A stretch of DNA of 38,131 nucleotides, from IMG/VR virus record IMGVR_UViG_3300045988_093404, positions 1-38,131 of that record, one strand, 5' to 3'. The notes under the pieces are model-generated. The model saw only the letters and a program-made list of their open reading frames with translations, searched no databases and had not been told where the DNA came from. Shown one piece after another: positions 18,115 through 25,954 of the stretch; the first letter of the stretch is position 1; each line of letters starts with the position of its first letter. The stretch comes from a virus. Both the position numbers and the translations under genes were made by a program.

Positions 18115-18362
18115 CTGATATCACTTTTGCAGACGGCAGCACGGCTCCTGCCTATATGTTTCTAACAAATGACGCTCTCGGCATGGCTCATATTGGCCTT
18201 GCCGGGGTGTCTATGACCGAAGCAATGCTCATTATGGCAGACGCAAGCAAGACGGCACAGATGAGCTGTGACGGGTCTACGGCGATAGGTTACACACAAA
18301 TCCAGCTTTTGAGCCTTGAGCGTGACGGCGTTCGGGTTCAGATGGGGAGGGCGTATGACTAA
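18111..18362 (+). CDS. Hypothetical protein (83 aa)
   Basis: ATG 18111 overlaps the upstream stop (ATGA). Lies in the tail module. Confidence 0.5.
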   Translation: MTDITFADGSTAPAYMFLTNDALGMAHIGLAGVSMTEAMLIMADASKTAQMSCDGSTAIGYTQIQLLSLERDGVRVQMGRAYD

Positions 18363-18519
18363 CGAAAATCTTATCCCGGCAATTCGGGCAACGCTTGAAA
18401 AAATAGAGGTTCACGGGCGTGAAAACCTCGATATGCTGCTCGGTGTTTTTATCGCGCTGGACAAACTGGAAAAGGAGGTAGCAAATGGACAGACGGATAG
18501 ACCAGCTTCCGCAGGCTGA
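18355..18519 (+). CDS. Hypothetical small protein (54 aa)
   Basis: ATG 18355 after GGGAGGG. Overlaps both neighbouring genes. Confidence 0.4.
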   Translation: MTNENLIPAIRATLEKIEVHGRENLDMLLGVFIALDKLEKEVANGQTDRPASAG

Positions 18520-19885
18520 AAGCCTCGGCGGCGATGACCTCCTCATTGTGCAGCAGGGGGGTGTGTCAAAAAAGGCGAACGCCTCTACTGTGCTTCCGGG
18601 AGCCGGTACAATCACAATTCGGCAGGGTACGGCTATAAAAGGCTCTTTTTCCACCAACGAAAAGGAAAACAAGGTCATCACTCTTGATGCTACAACTAAC
18701 TTCAATGCGCTCACGAATCGCCCGAAATACAAGGGTACTATGATGACAAGCAGCACAGACATTGAACCTGCTTACGCATTTTCCGTTAAGGACTACGGAG
18801 CGGTAGGAGACGGAACCACAGACGATACAACGGCTATTCAGTCGGCCTTTAATGCAGCCTATGCCGCAGATGGGACAGTATATTTCCCCGCTGGTCGGTA
18901 TCGCATTACCTCTCCCGTCTCTCTTACCGGGAACGCCCACAAAATAGCTATCAAGGGTGAAAGCTCTGCAACCTCCGAAATCTTTTACGATGGCAATAAC
19001 TCTATTGCGCTCCAGCTCCAGTCAAGCACAATGGCATACGGCAGAACAATATCTGACCTCGCTATCGTGTGCAGCGGGAATAACGCTGCCGGTCTTTATC
19101 TTATGGGGCAGGGGCAGTGCAGCCTGTCAAACCTTTTTGTTTATAACAGCGCAAATGGCGGCGTGGGCATTTATCTTTACAGTTCCTCTCAGGTGTTCAT
19201 GACAAATGTTCAGGTGCAGGGGTTTGGCAAGGGGCTTTCCGTCAATGGTGGAGACGAATACGGAGATGTTTACCTCACAAACTGCCGCTTTGACGGAAAC
19301 TCATCTGTTGGCGTTGAGATAGTGGATGCACAGGGGATTTTTGCAAACAATGTAACTTGCTACGAAAACCGACAGGCATTGACTATAAGCGGCACGAAAA
19401 ATTCCTTGTTTACAAACTGCGTGTTCGACTCCTCAAAGTTGGAAAATGCAACGATCTCAGATTCCGAACGGCTCAAATTTTCATGTTGCTGGTTTTCTGA
19501 CAACATTACATTTATGGTCGGTAACGGCAGTAACAATGTTTCCATGAGCTATGTCAATCGCTCCGAGTTCAACGGTTGCTCTGTCAACCGAGGAGCAAAG
19601 CAGGGAATTTATGCAGAGGGTTGCAGCGGCCTCCTCGTGAACGGTTGCCGGTTTGAGGATAATGATTATGTGATGTCCTATGTACCGGCGCTTCGTTTTG
19701 CATATTCTGACCATTGCATGGCCACAGCAAACCAGTTTTCAAACCCTGACGGAAAACAGCAGATTTGCATTGGCACATACGAAGCAGACTACATTGTAAT
19801 CACAGGAAATGACCTGTCCTCTGCTGCTATCCCGCTTGATGTAAATGTCGTAAATTTCGTTGTTGAAAGCAACCTTGGAGGCTAA
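18485..19885 (+). CDS. Tail spike / receptor-binding protein with a pectate-lyase-type right-handed beta-helix
   Basis: N-terminus IDQLPQAESLGGDDLLIVQQGG (fibre anchor). VKDYGAVGDGTTDDTTAIQSAFNAA...VYFPAGRYRI is the pectate_lyase_3 signature. Strong RBS AAGGAGGT. Confidence 0.8.
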   Translation: MDRRIDQLPQAESLGGDDLLIVQQGGVSKKANASTVLPGAGTITIRQGTAIKGSFSTNEKENKVITLDATTNFNALTNRPKYKGTMMTSSTDIEPAYAFSVKDYGAVGDGTTDDTTAIQSAFNAAYAADGTVYFPAGRYRITSPVSLTGNAHKIAIKGESSATSEIFYDGNNSIALQLQSSTMAYGRTISDLAIVCSGNNAAGLYLMGQGQCSLSNLFVYNSANGGVGIYLYSSSQVFMTNVQVQGFGKGLSVNGGDEYGDVYLTNCRFDGNSSVGVEIVDAQGIFANNVTCYENRQALTISGTKNSLFTNCVFDSSKLENATISDSERLKFSCCWFSDNITFMVGNGSNNVSMSYVNRSEFNGCSVNRGAKQGIYAEGCSGLLVNGCRFEDNDYVMSYVPALRFAYSDHCMATANQFSNPDGKQQICIGTYEADYIVITGNDLSSAAIPLDVNVVNFVVESNLGG

Positions 19886-19886
19886 A

Positions 19887-20678
19887 ATGAGTAAAATCAC
19901 AGAAGCAATCGAAGTGGCCAAACGCTGGGCAGCCGACCCGGCTCACGGCTACGACCAGACGCACAGATGGGGGCCGGATTACGACTGCTCCTCTTTCCTC
20001 ATCTCCGTTTGGGAAGAAGTCGGCGTACCAGTTAAAAGTCTCGGAGCAAGCTGGACGGGCAACATGAGAGGCGCTTTCATCCGTGCCGGGTTTGTCGATG
20101 TTACCGCCTCCTGCGAGCTGAATATGGGCGCAGGACTGGAAGCGGGTGACATCCTGCTGAACGAGAGCTATCACACGGAGATGTACCTCGGAGACGGAAC
20201 ACTGGTCGGAGCATCTTCCAACGAGTTCGGCGGCATCACAGGCGGTCAGCCGGGTGATCAGACCGGGAACGAAATCCGGGTGCGGCCTTGGTATCGCTAT
20301 TCTCGCGGCTGGGACTGCGTTCTGAGATACGCGGGAGAGCAGGAGGTCGATGTTACGCCTCTGCCGTTTGACGAGCCTGCCACGCCTCCCGATCCGCTTG
20401 TGACCGACACAAATGTCGGCGGCAACACCTATGTCATCAAGCAGGGTGATAGCTGGTGGCGAATCGCTGACCAGCAGCTTGGGGACGGGCTTCTGTGGGA
20501 GCAGCTCATGAAGCTGAACGGATACACAAGCCCCGATGAGCCTATCTACCCCGGAATGGCTATTAGGCTGTGGGATGACGGCTGTGAATCCTGCACGCTG
20601 GAGAGCGACAGCACCCGACAGTTGAAAGAATACCTTGAGGCCGAGGTAAAGAAACTCGGCGGCAAAATCATTTGGTGA
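19887..20678 (+). CDS. Endolysin: cysteine peptidoglycan hydrolase (Amidase_5 / NlpC-P60-like) with a C-terminal LysM domain
   Basis: GYDQTHRWGPDYDCSSF ... HTEMYLG (Cys/His pair). YVIKQGDSWWRIADQ...LNG...IYPGMAIRL is LysM. ATG 19887 after GGAGG. Confidence 0.8.
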   Translation: MSKITEAIEVAKRWAADPAHGYDQTHRWGPDYDCSSFLISVWEEVGVPVKSLGASWTGNMRGAFIRAGFVDVTASCELNMGAGLEAGDILLNESYHTEMYLGDGTLVGASSNEFGGITGGQPGDQTGNEIRVRPWYRYSRGWDCVLRYAGEQEVDVTPLPFDEPATPPDPLVTDTNVGGNTYVIKQGDSWWRIADQQLGDGLLWEQLMKLNGYTSPDEPIYPGMAIRLWDDGCESCTLESDSTRQLKEYLEAEVKKLGGKIIW

Positions 20679-20694
20679 GAGGTTAAAAAGAGAG

Positions 20695-21117
20695 ATGAGT
20701 GTGAAAGATATGTGGGATACCATCCGCGTTTTTGCCGCTGTGGTCGGCGGCTTTTTATCTCAGTTTCTGGGAGGGTTTGACGGAATGGTCATGGCTCTGA
20801 TTTGGTTTGCCGTGATTGACTATATCACGGGAATCATTGCCGCTATCATCGAGAAGAAACTAGACAGCTCCATCGGCTGGAAAGGTATCCTCAAAAAGGC
20901 CGTAATGTTTATGATCGTTGGCATCTGCCATATTGTGGACGCGGATGTACTGGGCGGCGGTTCTGCGCTGCGGACGATGGCGATTATTTTCTACATCAGT
21001 AACGAAGGGATTTCCGTGGTCGAGAATGTCAGCCGAGCCGGACTTCCTGTGCCGAACAAATTGAAAGAGGTTCTCGCCCAGCTCAAAGAGGATAGCGAAA
21101 AAGATTCCACCCTTTAA
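20695..21117 (+). CDS. Holin (Phage_holin_4_1 / TcdE-like family)
   Basis: IDYITGIIAAIIEKKLDSSIGWKGILKKAVMFMIV plus three hydrophobic helices. Adjacent to the endolysin. Confidence 0.85.
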   Translation: MSVKDMWDTIRVFAAVVGGFLSQFLGGFDGMVMALIWFAVIDYITGIIAAIIEKKLDSSIGWKGILKKAVMFMIVGICHIVDADVLGGGSALRTMAIIFYISNEGISVVENVSRAGLPVPNKLKEVLAQLKEDSEKDSTL

Positions 21118-21157
21118 TTTTTCATCGTTTGTCCGATGATCCGAAGGGGGTGTGTCT

Positions 21158-21352
21158 ATGCCTAAGTATAGATATACCACAGCGGAATTGCAGTCTATGT
21201 GTAACAATCCGTGGCTCACTGACCGAGAGCGGATAACCTTCGAGCTATATCACAGGCGAGGATGGGCTATAGAGGATGTTGCAGCCGAACTGGATGTTTC
21301 CAGACGGACGGTTGATAATATCCTTCGGTCAATCCGCGACAAATCCATATAA
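21158..21352 (+). CDS. Sigma-70 region-4-only / LuxR-type HTH protein (64 aa)
   Basis: LTDRERITFELYHRRGWAIEDVAAELDVSRRTVDNILRSIRDK. ATG 21158 after GAAGGGGG. Confidence 0.7.
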   Translation: MPKYRYTTAELQSMCNNPWLTDRERITFELYHRRGWAIEDVAAELDVSRRTVDNILRSIRDKSI

Positions 21353-21363
21353 TGCATTAAATT

Positions 21364-21409
21364 TGCTCTCCATTTGCGTATGTTCTGCGCAGGTGGAGAG
21401 CATTTTTTT
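21364..21409 (+). terminator. Rho-independent terminator ending the late operon
   Basis: Perfect 9-bp stem TGCTCTCCA/TGGAGAGCA, 21-nt loop, T7 tract 21403-21409. Confidence 0.7.
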
Positions 21410-21417
21410 GTTATAAT
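21409..21417 (+). promoter_or_regulatory. Extended -10 promoter TGTTATAAT for the accessory operon
   Basis: TGnTATAAT read at 21409-21417. No good -35. First ORF starts 25 nt downstream. Confidence 0.5.
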
Positions 21418-21441
21418 CTGGGCAGAAAGTGAGTGGTACAG

Positions 21442-21816
21442 ATGTGGATAAACTATAATCCAAACCCAGAACACGCGAGAGTAGGAGATTGCGCTATCCG
21501 GGCTGTTGCGAAAGCCACAGATACCGACTGGGAACACGCCTTTGCAGGTCTGTCCGTGATGGGCTATATGATGGGAGATCTCCCCTCAGCAAATCATGTA
21601 TGGGGAGCGTACCTCAAACGGCACGGCTACAAAAGAGAAATTATACCGAACTCCTGCCCAGATTGCTACACGGTGGCAGACTTCTGCCGGGAACATCCGC
21701 AGGGGAAATATGTCCTTGCGTTATCCGGCCATACGGTAGCGGTTGAGGGCGGGAATTGGTTTGATTCATGGGACAGCGGAGCGGAAGTGCCGCTGTACTA
21801 CTACAAGGAGGAATGA
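21442..21816 (+). CDS. Small Cys/His hydrolase-like protein (papain-fold signature), unknown function
   Basis: VGDCAIRAVAKA ... SGHTVAVEGGNWFDSWDSG. Order Cys...His...Asp as in small amidases/peptidases. No family assigned. Confidence 0.45.
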   Translation: MWINYNPNPEHARVGDCAIRAVAKATDTDWEHAFAGLSVMGYMMGDLPSANHVWGAYLKRHGYKREIIPNSCPDCYTVADFCREHPQGKYVLALSGHTVAVEGGNWFDSWDSGAEVPLYYYKEE

Positions 21817-21818
21817 TA

Positions 21819-22193
21819 ATGGCATACGGGAATTACAGCTATAACCCCTATATGAATCCATACGCAAGCCCGTACAGCGTACAGCAGCAGATGCCTACCC
21901 AAATTCCGCAGAGCGTCCAGCAGCCTCAGAATGGCTTTGTGTGGGTCGATGGAATAGACGAGGCGAATGCCTTTTATGTTGCCCCCAATAACGCGGTGCA
22001 GCTGTGGGATAAAAACTCACCCACGATCTACAAAAAGTCAGCAGACAGCACAGGCAGACCCACAATGCAGATTTTCGACCTTGTAGAAAGACAGCCCGTG
22101 CCTAAAGCCGCAGAAAATCCCGATTTTGTGCTACGGTCTGAATTTGAGGAGCTGAAAGCCCGGATTGAAAAGATGGAGGGCAATAATGAGTAA
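21819..22193 (+). CDS. Hypothetical protein with Q/P/Y-rich N-terminus (124 aa)
   Basis: ATG 21819 after AAGGAGG. Low-complexity YNPYMNPYASPYSVQQQMPTQIPQSVQQPQ followed by a globular part. Confidence 0.6.
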   Translation: MAYGNYSYNPYMNPYASPYSVQQQMPTQIPQSVQQPQNGFVWVDGIDEANAFYVAPNNAVQLWDKNSPTIYKKSADSTGRPTMQIFDLVERQPVPKAAENPDFVLRSEFEELKARIEKMEGNNE

Positions 22194-22392
22194 TCCTTTT
22201 TACACCCAAGACAACCCGATGCAGGGATTTGTGGATTTCATGCAGTCCATGAGGGGGAAAGACCCTAACAAGATTCTGAATGACCTTGTAATGAGCGGAA
22301 AAGTCAGCCAACAGCAGCTTAATATAGCCCAGCAGAGGGCAAAGCAGATGAGCGGAGCCTTTGAAAGTTTCCGATCTATGTTTGGATTCTGA
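22186..22392 (+). CDS. Hypothetical helical protein (68 aa)
   Basis: ATG 22186 after GGAGGG. Overlaps the upstream stop by 8 nt. Confidence 0.55.
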   Translation: MSNPFYTQDNPMQGFVDFMQSMRGKDPNKILNDLVMSGKVSQQQLNIAQQRAKQMSGAFESFRSMFGF

Positions 22393-22443
22393 CCGTGGTG
22401 CACAACGGTTTAGATATATTTTTAAGAAAGGGGACGATGAAAA

Positions 22444-23199
22444 ATGTCTCTTAATACCGAGGGTCTTTCTGCCGCTGATATTGCGGCTGTGACCGGGAAC
22501 AACAATTCCGCATGGGGCGGCGATTTCGGGAGCTGGATTATCCTGTTTCTGATTTTCGGCCTTTTTGGCGGCTGGGGTGGCCGTGGCTTCGGCGGCTCTG
22601 CGGGCGCGGCTGAAAACTATGTCCTTGCCTCTGACTTCTCTCAGCTCTCCCGTCAGATTGACAGCGGCTTTGCCGGAGTTGAGCGCAGGACGGACAGCAT
22701 CATCAACGGCCTGTGCGATGGATTCTACACGCAGGCGCAGCTTATCAACGGAACTAACACAGCTATCATGCAGGGCAACAACGCTATTTCCGCCCAGCTT
22801 GCGCAGTGCTGCTGTGATATCCGCGAGGGCATTTCCGGCGTGAACTACAACATGGCTATGAACGCCAACGCCACCCAGCGAGCTATTGAGAACGGCTTTG
22901 CGCAGACCAACTATAACATGGCTACGCAGAACTGCGCTACCCTGACCGCCATTGACAAGGTGGGAGATCGTGTTATTGACTATCTCGCCAATAAGGAAAT
23001 GGCCGCTCTCCAGCGTGAGAATGATTCCCTCCGTCTGGCCGCCTCTCAGGCCAAGCAGAACGAATATCTTGTGTCTCAGCTCGGCTATCAGTGTCCTAAA
23101 CCCGCATATGTTGTGCAGCCCCCTCAGCAGGTGACTTTCCCGACCAACTGCGGCGGCGTGGCCAGTTATGGCAACTTCGGCGGCTGCGGCTGCGGTTAA
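22444..23199 (+). CDS. Membrane-anchored coiled-coil, Cys-containing protein (251 aa)
   Basis: One hydrophobic, Gly-rich helix WIILFLIFGLFGGWGG. Motifs QCCCDI and GLCDGFY. C-terminus NCGGVASYGNFGGCGCG. Confidence 0.6.
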   Translation: MSLNTEGLSAADIAAVTGNNNSAWGGDFGSWIILFLIFGLFGGWGGRGFGGSAGAAENYVLASDFSQLSRQIDSGFAGVERRTDSIINGLCDGFYTQAQLINGTNTAIMQGNNAISAQLAQCCCDIREGISGVNYNMAMNANATQRAIENGFAQTNYNMATQNCATLTAIDKVGDRVIDYLANKEMAALQRENDSLRLAASQAKQNEYLVSQLGYQCPKPAYVVQPPQQVTFPTNCGGVASYGNFGGCGCG

Positions 23200-23210
23200 G
23201 GCGGTGAAAC

Positions 23211-23657
23211 ATGGCTGTTGAACTTACTGCTGTTCTGCCGCAGACCGTAGCATATGGGCAGAGTGTGCTTTTTACCGAAACGCCTGTCAGGTGTAACAAG
23301 GGCTATGTAGTTCACAGGGACGGAGCGGGCATCGTAACGCTGCGAGGTATCACAAACGGGAATTGCTTTGCCCGGTATCAGGTGAGCTTCGGCGGGAATA
23401 TCGCAATCGCCACGGGCGCTGTTGTGCCGATCAGCGTAGCACTTTCTATTGACGGAGAGGCTTTGCCGTCCACTACAATGACGGTAACGCCCGCAGCCGT
23501 TGGAGATTTTTTCAATGTTTCTAACACCACTTTTGTGGATGTTCCGCGTGGTTGCTGCGTTACGATTTCCGTCGAAAATGTAAGCGTTACCGATGCAGGT
23601 GCAACAATTCCTGTTGATGTGGCAAACGCAAATCTTATCATTGAGCGCGTAGCGTAA
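23211..23657 (+). CDS. Stand-alone BclA C-terminal-like (C1q/TNF-like jelly-roll) protein
   Basis: All-beta 148 aa ending NLIIERVA, as I recall the exosporium BclA C-terminus (IIIEKVA). Pattern Q.V..G..V.F...G.Y.V.F...IDGE.LP. Confidence 0.5.
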   Translation: MAVELTAVLPQTVAYGQSVLFTETPVRCNKGYVVHRDGAGIVTLRGITNGNCFARYQVSFGGNIAIATGAVVPISVALSIDGEALPSTTMTVTPAAVGDFFNVSNTTFVDVPRGCCVTISVENVSVTDAGATIPVDVANANLIIERVA

Positions 23658-23670
23658 AGGAGGTGAGCGC

Positions 23671-24033
23671 ATGGACGAATTAACAGGGCTGAAATATATG
23701 CTCATGGACGAACTGAAAGAGCTTGCCAAAGGCGGCAAGCTGAATGCCGGTGATGTGGATGTAATCTATAAGCTGGTCTGCGCTACAAATGGCCTTGATC
23801 AGATGGAGATGGGCGAGAGTCACAACAGCTACCGCCGCGACAGCAGAGGCAGATACTCCCGCCGTGACGGAGGATACAGCCGTGAGGACGGCTATTCCGG
23901 CAACCGCTACAGTATGGACTATTCCCGCGCTGGCGATGACATGGCAAACCGTCTCCGCTCCCTCATGGGTGAGGCTGAAACCGAGGAAGAGCGCAGAGCC
24001 ATTAAAAAGGCCATTGAAATGATGGAACGGTAA
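23671..24033 (+). CDS. Hypothetical protein with an RD/RY/SG-rich centre (120 aa)
   Basis: Strong RBS AAGGAGGTG. SYRRDSRGRYSRRDGGYSREDGYSGNRYS flanked by helices. Confidence 0.6.
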   Translation: MDELTGLKYMLMDELKELAKGGKLNAGDVDVIYKLVCATNGLDQMEMGESHNSYRRDSRGRYSRRDGGYSREDGYSGNRYSMDYSRAGDDMANRLRSLMGEAETEEERRAIKKAIEMMER

Positions 24034-24244
24034 GGGGGCGGTTGCCCTGATTACCGAAAGGGATATTCTTGAAGCAATTGAAGAGTGCCAAGCCACGCCA
24101 AACCCCAACGCGAACACCTGCATACGCCTCGCGGCTTTTTATACGATCCTCGACCACCTACACGCGGATAGCGTAGACAGACAAAGCTATTCCTATTCCA
24201 CCGGGGAATTTACGGAGCAGACTGCGGATGAATGGGTCGATAGG

Positions 24245-24508
24245 ATGGATAATACCGATGGAACGATGGGTGCGCACTGGAACAAGCAGCAGGTACAGAG
24301 CATCATGCGGCAGCGGAACAGCACACTACCCGTTGCAGATATGTATGCCGTCATCAACAGCCTTTACAGCGACTATTACAAGGTCGCAAGAAAGCACGGA
24401 GTAAACACGCTTGAATTTTTCTATGATCTTGCTGATGCATGGCTAAAGGACGATGACGCAGTATCTGACAAGGCACAAGCATACTTTGAGAACATTGTAA
24501 AGCACTAA
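24245..24508 (+). CDS. Hypothetical protein. This is the minimal ATG-initiated version; the frame is open from 24023 (see finding).
   Basis: First canonical start is ATG 24245. The 74 upstream in-frame sense codons read like protein sequence. Confidence 0.55.
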   Translation: MDNTDGTMGAHWNKQQVQSIMRQRNSTLPVADMYAVINSLYSDYYKVARKHGVNTLEFFYDLADAWLKDDDAVSDKAQAYFENIVKH

Positions 24509-24535
24509 GAGCCGGGATTTCCCGGCTCTTTTTTT
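24508..24535 (+). terminator. Rho-independent terminator ending the accessory operon
   Basis: AGAGCCGGG / CCCGGCTCT stem, loop ATTT, T tract to 24535. Confidence 0.85.
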
Positions 24536-24536
24536 G

Positions 24537-24582
24537 TTAGCCATATAACAACCTGCCAATCGGTTACTTGCTATATGGCTAA
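24537..24582. other. Candidate attP for the serine integrase
   Basis: Perfect 11-bp inverted arms TTAGCCATATA (24537-24547) / TATATGGCTAA (24572-24582). About 17/23 symmetry per half-site. The right arm overlaps the integrase stop codon. Confidence 0.5.
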
Positions 24583-25901
24583 ATATTTAATTCCACGCCT
24601 GTAACTGTATCGTTGTCAACATATATTCTCTTTATGAGCCATGACCAAAAGGCTTTTTTCGCCGCCCGAGACATGGATTCGTAGGCAGACAGAGGGTCAA
24701 GTATTTCCTCTATGTCTGGTTCTTCGATGGGCGTTTCCTGCTGACTGAGTAATTGCGTCAGCTCCGCATACTGTGCTTTGTAGGAGTCCATATCTATCAG
24801 CTCATTAATGTAAAGTTCCTGCAATCTTGCAATCTTGCGCTTTATCTCCGGGGTCTTGTCACGGACGGCGGCCTTTTTCTCCTCTCTCGCCGTTATCTCG
24901 CCCTCAAAGATAGATACAATGTTATCGAGTAGGTATTTTTCAATCTGCTTTTCGTTATATTTTCGCGTGAGAGAGCAATTCCCCCACTGTTCGGCAGACT
25001 GACATTTGTAGTAGACATAGCCGTAAACCGGATAGGTTTTCATTCTTCGCCCGCACTCAGCGCAGAATAAAAGCCCTGTAAACAGGTATACCCGGTCTGT
25101 TCTCCCGAACCCGGCGTTTCGTTGAGACCGAACGCTCAATATCTCCTGCGCTGTGCTAAATGTTTTCTCATCAATCAGAGCCGGAGAGAATCCTTTTACA
25201 CCAAACCATGTTCCTGTGTACCGCTCATTGCCGATCAGACAACGAACCATAGTTGTTGATATCTTCATTCCCTTTTCTACAGCTAACCAACGCTGCACCT
25301 CACGGATTGAACGGTTTGCTATGTAATGCTGGAATATCTCCACCGCCAGCGGCGCGGTTTCCGGGTCGATAACAGGCTTTTTGTTTTCGATTTTGTATCC
25401 CAAGGGGACTTTCCCGGAGATTACTTCGCCGTTCTTTATCTTCTCATCAAATACAAACTTTATTCGCTCTGCCGTTCTGTCTGCCTCGTCCTGCGCGATT
25501 GACAACTTGATGTTGAGGCTCAAACGCCCGTTCGCTGTGGTTGTATCGTAGTCCTCCATTATGGCGATCCAGCGCACTTTATGGGCATCAAGTATCTGCT
25601 GCACCTCGTAATAATCCGCGATGTTGCGAAACCACCTATCCAGCTTGATAAAAAGGATAATGTCTATCTCATCCCGCTTTACTGCGTCTATCAGCGAGAC
25701 AAACGCAGGGCGGGATTTCCATTTTTTCCGGGCAGAAAATCCTCCGTCCCGAAATTCCCCAACAATGCGGAGCTTGTTTTCCTTTGCATACTCCACCAGC
25801 CTTTCCCTCTGAGCATCAAGCGATATGCCGAACTTTTCCTGTTCCTCGCTGCTGACGCGGTAGTACAAAGCCGCTCTTTCGCCCGGTTCTACTCTTTTCA
25901 T
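24579..25901 (-). CDS. int: Large serine recombinase (integrase)
   Basis: N-terminus ALYYRVSSEEQ (resolvase catalytic Ser), recombinase domain, Cys cluster CAECG...YYKC, coiled-coil C-terminus. RBS AGGAGG. Confidence 0.9.
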   Translation of the reverse strand: MKRVEPGERAALYYRVSSEEQEKFGISLDAQRERLVEYAKENKLRIVGEFRDGGFSARKKWKSRPAFVSLIDAVKRDEIDIILFIKLDRWFRNIADYYEVQQILDAHKVRWIAIMEDYDTTTANGRLSLNIKLSIAQDEADRTAERIKFVFDEKIKNGEVISGKVPLGYKIENKKPVIDPETAPLAVEIFQHYIANRSIREVQRWLAVEKGMKISTTMVRCLIGNERYTGTWFGVKGFSPALIDEKTFSTAQEILSVRSQRNAGFGRTDRVYLFTGLLFCAECGRRMKTYPVYGYVYYKCQSAEQWGNCSLTRKYNEKQIEKYLLDNIVSIFEGEITAREEKKAAVRDKTPEIKRKIARLQELYINELIDMDSYKAQYAELTQLLSQQETPIEEPDIEEILDPLSAYESMSRAAKKAFWSWLIKRIYVDNDTVTGVELNI

Positions 25902-25954
25902 GTGATTCCTCCTATGAGAAGCCCCACCTGCAAAAAGACAGATGGGGCTACACT

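Noticed and set aside
19827-20723. 298-aa ORF on the - strand
   Set aside because: It is antisense to the endolysin gene, which has clear catalytic and LysM motifs. No RBS, and Arg/Ala-rich composition.
25920-25949. Hairpin AGCCCCA...TGGGGCT between the zinc-ribbon gene and int as an alternative attP or terminator
   Set aside because: It has only a 7-bp stem with a 15-nt loop and no T tract on the - strand. It is far less symmetric than the 24537-24582 site. At most it is a weak attenuator.
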